Shown: positions 9,778-19,213 of the stretch, piece by piece
How the letters are laid out: each line of letters begins with the position of its first letter
Numbering within the stretch: position 1 is the stretch's first letter
Assembly: GCA_965237675.1 (NCBI GenBank)
Contig: OZ250150.1
Coordinates: 2,784,001 to 2,848,000 of the forward strand
Direction: 5' to 3'
DNA length: 64,000 nt
Source: Candidatus Latescibacterota bacterium
Lineage (GTDB): Bacteria > Latescibacterota > UBA2968 > GCA-2709665
Notes under the pieces: generated by a model
Databases searched by the model: none
What the model was told of the DNA's origin: nothing
The model's input: only the letters and a program-made list of their open reading frames with translations
Program-made: the position numbers and the translations under genes

Positions 9778-11232
9778 CTACGGGTCCTGCCGGGGAACGT
9801 CCGAACCTGGCGACGGGCTACTGACCTGGGGGCCGATCCAGGTCATCGAGAGATTGTAAGCCAGTACGGCGGCCGCCAGCCACCCGAGCAGGCCGGAAAG
9901 GCCGAATGCGGTCATCGAAGCGGGCAGGCCGTAGGGAAGGTTGTCAAGTATCCCCGCCAGGAGCAACGGTCCAATACGGCAGATCGCGGCGGCGGTGGCC
10001 AGACAGAAGGTCGCAAACACAAGGCCCGGAATCGCCACTTTGCGTCTGTGGAGAAATCCGGGCACCATTCGCGGGGCCATGCCCAGCAGCAGCAGGGTGA
10101 TAAAACCAGCAAGATAAGTGTGGCGCAACGCGTCGGGATCGAACGGAGAACCGAGCCGCAACAGGGCAAGGACGCCATCGACCAGTTCAACCGCGGCTGC
10201 CAGCGCCAGGAAGACGAATGCAGCATAAAGCAGCAACTCGAACCGGCCGAACTCGCCGTAGTCCGGCAGTCCGGGACGCGTGGAACGGCGGTCGGGCCCG
10301 GGTTCGCCAAGCCGATTGACGGTCCATGGCGGATACCACCGGAAGAGGATGTCCAGTTTCCAGATGAAGAGGAGCAGAATACCACCTCTTAAGACCTTTC
10401 CGATGGGCGATAGATGCGAAAGTAACGACGCAAAGGAAAGTTGGGTGAGATCCGCCAGGACGGGCAACTGGATGAGGATGAGCGCCAGGAGATAGACCTG
10501 GCCAAACCGGGCCACGGGCCAGCGGACGGCGGGCAGACGCAGGTAGAGCGGAAACGTGCGAACTGAAAAGGCCATCGCTGTCGGCAGGATGACAAATCCA
10601 ATGAAGAATTCAATGCCGAATCTGTTCCACGCAATGTGCAGAACCGGGTTGTCGCCGAAGCTCGCGTGAAGCGCGAGCGCGCCCGCGAGCAGGGAATACA
10701 ACCCCCATCCTGCAATCGATATTACCAGGAAGATCCGCACCGTCTGCAGGGCGGGGCGATTCGGCGCAGCGTGGCGCAAGGAGGTGACCAGCAGGGCGAG
10801 GTAACAATAGACGCCGGCGGTCTCCACCACCGCGGAGAGCCCCAGCGTCCATCTCAGGCCATCGTGAAACGGGTTTTCAACCCCCGCGGCAAGCAGCGGC
10901 TGGGAAACGGCGCGCAGCAGAATGCCGGTTGCAAGGAGGGAGAGAATCCACGCGGGAAGCCGGGGAAAGCGGAGCGGCGTACCGGCCAGACGAGGCAGGA
11001 AGTAGAGGCTGACTCCAATGATAAAGAGGCCGATCCAACCCAGGAGTTGGGCGTGACCATGGGCCTGGAGCATGGCAACCCACCAATCGCCCATGGAGAT
11101 CTGAAAGCCGATCAGCACGGCCAGAATGGCCGCATAGCCGAATCCGACCGTCAGCGCGACAAAAAGCGACGCCAGCACAAAGCCGAAGTGGAAATGGGTA
11201 TGGTGGGTTTTCTGGCTATCGGACAAGGTCAT
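9778..11232 (-). CDS. NnrS family membrane protein
   Basis: QAHGHAQLLGWIG, DALRHTYLAGFITLLLLGMAPRMVP; many TM helices. Confidence 0.75.
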   Translation of the reverse strand: MTLSDSQKTHHTHFHFGFVLASLFVALTVGFGYAAILAVLIGFQISMGDWWVAMLQAHGHAQLLGWIGLFIIGVSLYFLPRLAGTPLRFPRLPAWILSLLATGILLRAVSQPLLAAGVENPFHDGLRWTLGLSAVVETAGVYCYLALLVTSLRHAAPNRPALQTVRIFLVISIAGWGLYSLLAGALALHASFGDNPVLHIAWNRFGIEFFIGFVILPTAMAFSVRTFPLYLRLPAVRWPVARFGQVYLLALILIQLPVLADLTQLSFASLLSHLSPIGKVLRGGILLLFIWKLDILFRWYPPWTVNRLGEPGPDRRSTRPGLPDYGEFGRFELLLYAAFVFLALAAAVELVDGVLALLRLGSPFDPDALRHTYLAGFITLLLLGMAPRMVPGFLHRRKVAIPGLVFATFCLATAAAICRIGPLLLAGILDNLPYGLPASMTAFGLSGLLGWLAAAVLAYNLSMTWIGPQVSSPSPGSDVPRQDP

Positions 11233-11483
11233 TTCCTCGAATTGGGCCGAGAGACAATTCGAATTCGTAACGAATGTGGAGAAATGAATCTGTAGGCCGA
11301 TGTCACGGGCGAAAGCGTGGAGTCGAACTCCTTTGCCCTTACCCACGTGGCAATCGGCCGTTCTCGATCGATCGCGTACTCGTTAATTAAACCCGTTCAC
11401 GGGATTCGGCAACCCCTTTCGCACGATCGTTCGAGCATGTCGAGGCAATCGCCGATCTGCCCTCTATTCTTGTATTCTCCGTC

Positions 11484-12200
11484 CTTTTTCTTGTACGCCC
11501 AAAAAAAGACCAAAAAGAACGGCGCCGCTCAAACGCCGCGGGGCTGCTTTTCCGCAAATCGCCTCAACAGTGTCGACACGCATTCGTGCCCTTCGCCCCT
11601 ACGATCCGTCCCTGAACCATGGTGCTGGACGGATTAGCGCGGAAAAGCCCCGTCACCACAACCGGGCGGTCGGGAGGTTGACTGGGGAGGGCCGCCACGT
11701 GATTTGGCGTCGTACCGCTTTTCTCTTTTAGTGGGTCGGTGTCTTCACACTCTTCAACGGAAAGCCAGTTGGTTCTCGATCGCGAGCCCTGTCCGGAGGC
11801 CAACCAGAGCAGCGCGCGCGTTTCCGTCCATCTCCGAGTACAGGTATCGGCCTTCGTTGGCAGGGCAGCGGGCCATGTGCATACCATGAGACAGTTCGCG
11901 CTGTGCATATGGCAGGCTCCGCGCCGAGCGGCGACTTTTAAAAGCGGAAAGAAGAAAGAGGGAAGAAGGGAGAAGGGTTGGTAACTTTGTCATATGACAC
12001 CTTCGGAACTGGAGTCTGGCCAACTGGCAAAAAGAAGTGGATCAGGAAAGAAGGCGCGAAACCGGTGGGTGGCGGAGAGGTCTTCTCACCTCTCCCGTCT
12101 TTCGTCTCGCGGTTTTGAGGAACCCGCCGGAGGCAGGGAATTTGGGGAGAGGTTGTGACTTTGGAGTTCCTTTTCGCTTTTTCAATTTACGCCCTTTTTC
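11484..12200. repeat. Modular long inverted-arm intergenic element, copy B
   Basis: Same anchor order as copy A (CCAAAAAGAACGGCGCCGCTC, TGCCCT, GCTGGACGGA, CCACAACCGGGCGG, CAGGGCA, CCGCGCCGAGCGGCGACTTTT, 32-bp tail). Confidence 0.85.
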
Positions 12201-12314
12201 TAATGCGGATTAACATCGTGGGTCCTTATCGCTAACCGGTTTTGACTGTCTGCTGTACGCTGATAGCTGATCGCCGACCGCCTTTTGCTTGCTGCTTTTC
12301 GTCTGGATCTTTTT

Positions 12315-14651
12315 ATGAAACCTGAGATTCTGAATTCCATTGCCGTTCTGCTCCTGCTGAACCTCACGGGATGTGCGCCCAGGGAGACGGTGACCGTGTC
12401 AGGCGCGGTGAGCCGCCCTGGCGACTACGCGATTCGCCCTGGATGGGGTGTGCGGAACTATGTGACGACCGCCGGAGGATATCTGGCCGAGGCGGATACC
12501 GGGCGAGTCGCGCTGGTCCGGCATATGCGGGACAGCGTGTCCGTCCGGCAGCGGTGGAATGTAAGCCGATGGGCGGCATACGACGCTCCGGCCGCCATGT
12601 CGGGTGATCTGATCACCGTGCCGTTGAAGGCGTATCGGGTTCGGTTCGATACGGTGTTGGCGGTACGGAATCTGCGGCTGGAATGGGAAGATCGCATTTA
12701 CAGCATGGAGCTTGGAATGGTCGCGCTCGGTACGACATTGCGGGGGGTCGTGGCGGCGGTGTTCTTTGGGAATGGCGAGGCAATCCAGCAGGTTTCCGGA
12801 AAAGCAGCAGGCCCGTTTCAATACCTCTATCTCACGATGCATCCGGACAGATACGGCGTCCTGCTTCCGGCGCTCAGAGAGCCGGTCTCGGATCCAGAGG
12901 CGCAGGAGGACGCTGTGGCGCTGCATCGCTTTATGTTCCAGGCGTCGACGTTCAGGTCGGGCCGATTGGCGCATCTGCCACCCGCGGGTTATCTGCGGCT
13001 ACAGGCGGGCGTCTGGCTGAGGCCGAAAAATCCTTCCTATCCCGGTAGGGGGGTGCGCAAACGACATTACAGGGATGGCCGGGTATGGACGACGTTTCCG
13101 GACGGGAGGCAGCGGTGGCGGTATACGGACGGGCGGATTGTGATGCAGTTTCCCAATTACACGCGGGAAGTACGGTTTCCGGATGGTTCGGTTCGATTTG
13201 AAGATACGCTGGGAGGCGTGAGAACGTTGTATCCCGATGGGCACATGGTTTTCGAAGATGCCGACGGCAATCGGCACAGGGTGTATAAGGATGGACGGCA
13301 GGAATGGCGGCGTGCATCCGGAAACCGGATGACGATATATCCCGATGGGCGGCGGGTGCATCGCTTTTCCAGTGGAACGGTGCGTACGGTACATCCGACA
13401 GGTGCGGAACGGACGGTTTTCACGGACGGGACGCGGCATGTGCTTTATCCGGACGGTAGGGTGGAGATTGAGGTGCCGGGCGGCGCGCGGGAGACGCGCT
13501 ACCCGGATGGAAGTGTTTTTGCATTAACGCCCGACGGGCACCGGATCACGGTCTTCAAGGACGGCCGACAGTTTACGCAAATGAACGATGGGACCACGAT
13601 TGAACAGTTTCCGGATGGGCGAAAGATCCAGAAACATCCTTCCGGCGAGACGCTGGAGGTTTTTGCGGATCGTTCCAGGCGCACCGTTTATTCGGATGGC
13701 TCGGAAACGGTACGTCGTACCGATGGCGTACGTGTCGCAAGGCTCGCGGATGGGACCGTGATTGAGGAGTTTCCGGACGGTAGGATTGTACAGACCGATA
13801 CGTCGGGAGTTCGGCTCGAGGTTCTTTCTCCTGATCGATATGTAATTACGGACCAGGAGGGCAACCGCGTTGAGGCGCGTCCCGATGGAACATCCGAAAG
13901 GCAATTCGTGGAACCCTATCGGTACCGTGGTTGGATACGGCGCAACCTGATCCGGCTGGAGCGGGCACCGGAACGCATCTCTCCGGGCATGGTTGCGTTC
14001 GTCCGGGGATCGGCGGAGGATGCCGTGAAGAAGATGTCAATGGCCGTGTTCGCGCTTCCGGACGGGGATGTGCTCGATATGGAGATCGTGCTTGACGCGG
14101 GGCAATTTGACGGGACGTTGCAGGTAGGGGAGTCCGGATATTACCGGTTGCAGATCCAATGCGAGATGGAAAACGGCGATGCTGTAATGCTGGAAGATCG
14201 CATGTTGAAGGTTGGCAACCCGAAGCCTCTTGAGACGCCTGGTATCGAGGTCGCGCCGTTTCCCGGCGACGCGGCTGCAGGCCGGCGGCTGATGGATATA
14301 GTGAACGAGGCGCGCGGCAGGAAGGGTCGCATGATATTGGAGTGGGACCACGACCTGGCCTACGCGGCGTTGTCCCATTTGAAGGACATGCTGGCGTACG
14401 GCTCCGTTTCGCACTGGTCGCCAATGTATGGAGACCTGGTAAGCCGCCTGGAATGGCTGGACATTTCGTTTGAGGTCGCGCTGGAAAACCTGGCGACGGC
14501 GCCCTCGCTGGAGGAAGCTCACTGGCACCTGATGTTGAGCGCCGAACACAGGCGCAATATTCTGGACGCGCGTTTAACCCATATCGGAATCGCGGTGGCA
14601 CGCGAGCGGGGCCAGGTGTGGGTGGCGGAAATCTTCAAACGGAGAGAATAA
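12315..14651 (+). CDS. Lipoprotein with SLBB, Tcp10_C/G-box-like beta repeats and C-terminal CAP (SCP) domain
   Basis: LLLNLTGC lipobox; VTVSGAVSRPGDY...AGG (SLBB); about 30 xxxx(F/Y)PDG 9-mers; VNEAR...SH...ENLA...SAEHRRNILD...HIGIAV (CAP). Confidence 0.75.
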   Translation: MKPEILNSIAVLLLLNLTGCAPRETVTVSGAVSRPGDYAIRPGWGVRNYVTTAGGYLAEADTGRVALVRHMRDSVSVRQRWNVSRWAAYDAPAAMSGDLITVPLKAYRVRFDTVLAVRNLRLEWEDRIYSMELGMVALGTTLRGVVAAVFFGNGEAIQQVSGKAAGPFQYLYLTMHPDRYGVLLPALREPVSDPEAQEDAVALHRFMFQASTFRSGRLAHLPPAGYLRLQAGVWLRPKNPSYPGRGVRKRHYRDGRVWTTFPDGRQRWRYTDGRIVMQFPNYTREVRFPDGSVRFEDTLGGVRTLYPDGHMVFEDADGNRHRVYKDGRQEWRRASGNRMTIYPDGRRVHRFSSGTVRTVHPTGAERTVFTDGTRHVLYPDGRVEIEVPGGARETRYPDGSVFALTPDGHRITVFKDGRQFTQMNDGTTIEQFPDGRKIQKHPSGETLEVFADRSRRTVYSDGSETVRRTDGVRVARLADGTVIEEFPDGRIVQTDTSGVRLEVLSPDRYVITDQEGNRVEARPDGTSERQFVEPYRYRGWIRRNLIRLERAPERISPGMVAFVRGSAEDAVKKMSMAVFALPDGDVLDMEIVLDAGQFDGTLQVGESGYYRLQIQCEMENGDAVMLEDRMLKVGNPKPLETPGIEVAPFPGDAAAGRRLMDIVNEARGRKGRMILEWDHDLAYAALSHLKDMLAYGSVSHWSPMYGDLVSRLEWLDISFEVALENLATAPSLEEAHWHLMLSAEHRRNILDARLTHIGIAVARERGQVWVAEIFKRRE

Positions 14652-14754
14652 GTGGGAAAACGTGCGGAAAATGGCCGACAGCGTACATCAATGTGCGAAG
14701 TGACGATGCAAATGGTCTCGAATCGGTAAACCCGCGATTGGCCGCTTGTGAGGA

Positions 14755-16995
14755 TTGGCCGTGAGGATCAGACGTCGAACAATATACACAGTTGTCGTCG
14801 CTGTGGCCTGGTGTGGCGGCGGATTCGCGTTTTCGGACGAGCGGAGAACGGTCGACGGACGGTTCCGGATTGCAATGGAGCGGTCGGGCCGCGTTTCGGT
14901 CGAGGAGAGCGTCCGCGCATTGAAAGACGTGCTGGCGCTGGATGAGAATTACGCTCCGGCGTACGCGGAAATCGCGAAGTTGTACATGTCTTTGAATACA
15001 CCTCTGGATCGCCAAAGCGCCGAGAAGATGGTGCGCCGGGCGATTCGTCTGGATCGCGACAACGCGGCGTATCAGGTGCTACTGGGCGATCTCATGTGGG
15101 CACAGGGGTTCTTGTCAAACGCAAAGCGACAATATGAAGCGGTATTGGCGCAGGATCCCCGAAACCCACAGGCGGCCTTCGGGCTGGGAACCTATTATGT
15201 GAATGATTTCATGAAGTATTGGAACATGATCGACATGGAGGGCAATAGCCACAGTGTGGTGTTGGAATGGCGGCATTTCGCCAGGGAGTACCGTGAATTG
15301 GCAATCCAGAATCTTGAGCAAAGCATCCAACACGATCCAGGGTTCAAAGATGCACATTACCAGTTGGGTCTGGTCTATATGGAGGACATGAAATCGGACC
15401 CTGCGGCTGCGGGCAGGGCGCTGGTCAACGTCGCCAACTCATTGTTGAAGGTGTACCCGGAGGACAAGGACGCATTGCTGTTCGTCGGGCTTGGATACCA
15501 TGTCAGCGGGTATCTGGATTGGGCGTGGGATTATTATGCCAGGGCGCTGGCGAGGATGGACGTGCAGGAGCGTTCGATCATCGAATCGGTGGAGGCCGTC
15601 GCTGTGGATGAAGAGCGGGTGCGTATTGCTAAAGCGGACTCGCTGGTGTATAAGGAGGGCGGGCAGTGGGCGGATAGTTCTGAGCGTGAGCGTTTCTGGC
15701 GAAAACAGGATCCGCTGTTGCTGACCGAACGGAACGAACGGCGAATGGAGCACTACCGGCGCGTGGCCTACGCCAATTTGCGATTCAGCAAGCCGAGGAG
15801 GGGAATTGCGGGCTGGCGGACGGAAATGGGTCGGGTTTACATCAAGTACGGAGACCCGCTTGGACGAACGGTGATGCGCCCCGAGGTCGGCCCGAGGGGA
15901 CGCCTCGTTCAGGCGCACATGGAGCTGTGGGCTTATGAAGGCTTTTCCTTTCGATTCAGAAATTGGAATGGCCTGGACGCGTGGCATTTTGACGTGAGCT
16001 CTCTCTTTCTTCCGTCCGGAGAATGGGTTCTCAAGCGCACGCCGCAGCGATATGTCGATCCCTATCGTGAGTTGAAATACAGCCTGCCGTATCAGGTGGC
16101 TGCGTTTCGAGATGCAGGCAAGATACGCCTCGAGGTGGCTTATGCGATTGCGAAAGAAAAATTGAGAACTTCTGACGCCGGCGACGTGGACCTCGAAGAC
16201 GGGCTCTTCCTGTTTGACGGGGACTGGGAAGAGGTTTCGCGGGCGGTCTATGCGACGACCAGGCTCGCGGATGCCGGCGCGGATAGCTTCAGAAAACGGT
16301 ATATGCTGTCCCAATCGACACTCATGGTAGAGCCGGGAGAATACAATCTCATCGCCGAGGTAAGGGACCGCCGGAACCGCTCGATCGGGACGTTCAGGAA
16401 CACTTACACATTTGCAATGGAAGAAAACTCGCCGACAATGAGTGACCTGCTGGTGGCGACCGCAATTGAGATGGAAGACCCGTTTCCCGCACGCCGGGAA
16501 GAATTGAAGGTGGCGATAAATCCGCTGCACACGTTTTACAGGTCGGAGTCGATGTATATCTACTTCGAGGTCTATAACTTGAAGCAGGACGACTTCGGAC
16601 GGACAGAGTACGAAATCACATACCGGATCGGGCAGCCCGAGGAGGCTGAAGTCGTTCCCGAGAGATTCGAGGCGGTGGCACTGGCGGAACCGGTGGGGAA
16701 AGTGCGTCTAGGGATTGGAGCGGTCCTCGAGGGCGGGCCAGTCCAATATCAGGTGAGATACATTCCCGCCGAGAGGAACAGAGTTTCGAAGTCGATCCGA
16801 AATTTCGACAGGAATACGGGCGAAACAGCGGTGACCGTTCGGTACGAAGGGGATCAGGCCGAAGATTTCACCTATCTTCAGATTGACCTGGATAGCGTTC
16901 CGGTGGGCGTACACAGACTGTCGGTGAGCATGAGGGATCTGAACCGCGGTGGACAGGGAGACGAACGGCGCGTGTTGTTCCGGGTGATTGAGTGA
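14755..16995 (+). CDS. TPR- and GWxTD-domain protein
   Basis: N-terminal TPRs; FWRKQDP...EHYRRVAYANLRF...GWRTEMGRVYIKYGDP. Confidence 0.8.
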   Translation: MAVRIRRRTIYTVVVAVAWCGGGFAFSDERRTVDGRFRIAMERSGRVSVEESVRALKDVLALDENYAPAYAEIAKLYMSLNTPLDRQSAEKMVRRAIRLDRDNAAYQVLLGDLMWAQGFLSNAKRQYEAVLAQDPRNPQAAFGLGTYYVNDFMKYWNMIDMEGNSHSVVLEWRHFAREYRELAIQNLEQSIQHDPGFKDAHYQLGLVYMEDMKSDPAAAGRALVNVANSLLKVYPEDKDALLFVGLGYHVSGYLDWAWDYYARALARMDVQERSIIESVEAVAVDEERVRIAKADSLVYKEGGQWADSSERERFWRKQDPLLLTERNERRMEHYRRVAYANLRFSKPRRGIAGWRTEMGRVYIKYGDPLGRTVMRPEVGPRGRLVQAHMELWAYEGFSFRFRNWNGLDAWHFDVSSLFLPSGEWVLKRTPQRYVDPYRELKYSLPYQVAAFRDAGKIRLEVAYAIAKEKLRTSDAGDVDLEDGLFLFDGDWEEVSRAVYATTRLADAGADSFRKRYMLSQSTLMVEPGEYNLIAEVRDRRNRSIGTFRNTYTFAMEENSPTMSDLLVATAIEMEDPFPARREELKVAINPLHTFYRSESMYIYFEVYNLKQDDFGRTEYEITYRIGQPEEAEVVPERFEAVALAEPVGKVRLGIGAVLEGGPVQYQVRYIPAERNRVSKSIRNFDRNTGETAVTVRYEGDQAEDFTYLQIDLDSVPVGVHRLSVSMRDLNRGGQGDERRVLFRVIE

Positions 16996-17063
16996 AATAG
17001 GTTAGACGTCAAACGGCAGAAGCAAGAGGTCCATTGCTCTCCACGGACGCCGTTCCCGTCGCC

Positions 17064-18236
17064 TCACGCACCCTTGCCGAAGCTGCCGGCAAAAATGAGA
17101 AAATCGCTGAACTCGATGGCGCCGTCGCCGTCCAGATCGAACCGCGCGTCATATTCCGCATCTCCCTGGCTCAGCCCGAAGTTCCCCGCGAATAGCAGGA
17201 AGTCGGAAAATCCCACGGTTCCGTCGCCATCGAAATCGGGGTTGGCGGTTTGAGGAGTGATGTACGGCGACACATCCCAAAGCAGGATCGTGCCGTCGTG
17301 ACTGCCACTTGCCAGCGTCCTCCCGTCCGGCGAAAACACCACCAGAGTGACAGTGCCCGTATGTCCTGTGAGGGTGTGTCTTTCCTGTCCCGTGGCCACG
17401 TCCCACAACCGCACCGTATTGTCCCGATTGCCACTACCGCTTGCCAGCGTCCCCCCATCCGGTGAGAACACCACCGAAAGGACAGTGCCCGTGTGTCCTG
17501 TGAGGGTTTGTGATTCACGTCCTGTGGCCACGTCCCACAGCCGCACCGTATAATCGAATGTGCCGGCACTGGCCAGCGTGTTCCCATCGGGTGAAAACAC
17601 CACCGAAACGACAATACCGGAATGTCCCGTGAGTGTGTGTTTTTCCTGCCCGGCGGCCACGTCCCACAACCGCGCCGTTTGATCGGCACTACCGCTGGCA
17701 AGGGTCATTCCATCCGGCGAAAACACCACCGAAAGGACACTATGCGTATGACCTGCGAGTGTGTGTTTTTCCTGCCCGGTGTCCACGTCCCATAACCGAA
17801 CCGTATGATCGTAACTGCCACTTGCCAGCGTCCTCCCGTCCGGTGAGTACACCACCGAAACGACCCCGCGGGTATGTCCAGTGAGGGTGTGTTTTTCCTG
17901 TCCGGTGTCCACGTCCCATAACCGCACCGTACGATCACCACTGCCGCTTGCCAGCGTCCTCCCGTCCGGTGAAAACACCACCGACCGGGTAGTGCCCTTA
18001 TGTCCAGTGAGGGTGTGTTTTTCCTGTCCCGTGGCCACGTCCCACAACCGCACGGTGTCATCGAAACTACCGCTTGCCAGTGTCCTTCCATCCGGTGAAA
18101 ACACCACCGACCAGATCCAATCCGTATGACCCGTGAGGATGTGCTTTGCCTGTCCGGTGGTCAGCGCCTTCCCATCCTGTGAAAACAAGACGACGGCTAA
18201 AAGAAGAAGAAGGCTCAATATAGTCAGCCTTTTCAT
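17064..18236 (-). CDS. Secreted WD40 beta-propeller protein with C-terminal double EF-hand dockerin-like domain
   Basis: Signal peptide; 7 repeats LTGH...SVVFSPDGRTLASGS.D.TVRLWDV; DFDGDGTVGFSDF...DLDGDGAIEFSDF. Confidence 0.9.
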   Translation of the reverse strand: MKRLTILSLLLLLAVVLFSQDGKALTTGQAKHILTGHTDWIWSVVFSPDGRTLASGSFDDTVRLWDVATGQEKHTLTGHKGTTRSVVFSPDGRTLASGSGDRTVRLWDVDTGQEKHTLTGHTRGVVSVVYSPDGRTLASGSYDHTVRLWDVDTGQEKHTLAGHTHSVLSVVFSPDGMTLASGSADQTARLWDVAAGQEKHTLTGHSGIVVSVVFSPDGNTLASAGTFDYTVRLWDVATGRESQTLTGHTGTVLSVVFSPDGGTLASGSGNRDNTVRLWDVATGQERHTLTGHTGTVTLVVFSPDGRTLASGSHDGTILLWDVSPYITPQTANPDFDGDGTVGFSDFLLFAGNFGLSQGDAEYDARFDLDGDGAIEFSDFLIFAGSFGKGA

Positions 18237-18323
18237 TTGTTCCGTTTTGATGTATGTGAGCAGACAAGAATGTCCGCTCCACCCTCTCAAGCTCTCGTTC
18301 GATGTTTACATCACAGCCTATCA

Positions 18324-18407
18324 GGCTGCTCTCTTCGCCAATCCATCAGCTCCACCGCCGCACAATGGCTTTTGCCCCTGAGGCGATTCGCGGAAAAGCT
18401 GCCCCGC
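18324..18407 (-). repeat. Shortened single arm of the modular element family
   Basis: Minus strand GCGGGGCAGCTTTTCCGCGAATCGCCTCA...GCTGATGGATTGGCGAAGAGAGCAGCC resembles left arm of copy B (11538-11651). Confidence 0.6.
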
Positions 18408-18408
18408 T

Positions 18409-19212
18409 TCATTCAAGTCGAATGACGTCACTGGGTATTCGCAGTTCAAACCGGCGATCCGGAACGCCGGAATTGACTTTCCGGCTGACAACCTGAATCC
18501 GGATCCGGTCGTTGCCCTGGATCATCTCCATCTTTCCGGGAAGAACCACGCCGTTTTGCCGCCGGTATTCCGACAGGATTCGGCGAGACATCAATAGCCC
18601 GTCGGGCGTATATACCCGTTCTTCGAGCAGGACGGCGGTGCGGGGTTCGAATCGAAGGCGGCGCGTCCACAGCGGTTCAATGATTTCCACGATAAGACTG
18701 TCCCGGTGTGACGCGAACTCGCCGATGCGAGGTAAATTGAGTGGGGAGAGGTTGACGAGGCCAAGCAACGCGTGCCGAACGCCGTAAGGCGCGAGATCGA
18801 CACCCGTAATGGCGCGCAGCACGTCCTCCGGGGGTCCTTCCAGATAGTGGTTGGTCCTGGACAGATAGACGGCAAGGGAGTCCCCCTGCGCGCGGGCAGA
18901 CAGCACGCCGAACCCGAGCAGGGCATCTTTAATCTCGATTTTCAGTTCGTTGGGCGATCGATAGAAGAGTACGGCGAACCCCTTTTGTTTGATACCGTCG
19001 ACACGCATGTTGATGCCGGCGCGGATCTCCAGATCCTTGAGGCTGTCTGCACGCGAGGATACGATGTACAGCAGGTCGGCCGGGGTCGTTACCGGACCAA
19101 CGTCCGGGAGGCGGGAAAGGGATGCGGCGCAGCCGGGAAGTACCAGGAGGAGGAAATACAGGACAGGTGTTCGGGTGACGGAGCGCATTCCAGACCGCAA
19201 ATGGCACGCCAT
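18409..19212 (-). CDS. DUF4292 / LolB-like lipoprotein
   Basis: LLVLPGC lipobox; beta-rich; ends FELRIPSDVIRLE; directly follows TPR gene; start uncertain (19212 or 19188). Confidence 0.65.
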   Translation of the reverse strand: MACHLRSGMRSVTRTPVLYFLLLVLPGCAASLSRLPDVGPVTTPADLLYIVSSRADSLKDLEIRAGINMRVDGIKQKGFAVLFYRSPNELKIEIKDALLGFGVLSARAQGDSLAVYLSRTNHYLEGPPEDVLRAITGVDLAPYGVRHALLGLVNLSPLNLPRIGEFASHRDSLIVEIIEPLWTRRLRFEPRTAVLLEERVYTPDGLLMSRRILSEYRRQNGVVLPGKMEMIQGNDRIRIQVVSRKVNSGVPDRRFELRIPSDVIRLE

Positions 19213-19213
19213 T

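Noticed and set aside
7310-12200. CRISPR array interpretation of the anchor/variable-segment repeats
   Set aside because: Units are dispersed and inverted rather than tandem identical repeats with unique spacers; no cas genes in the window.
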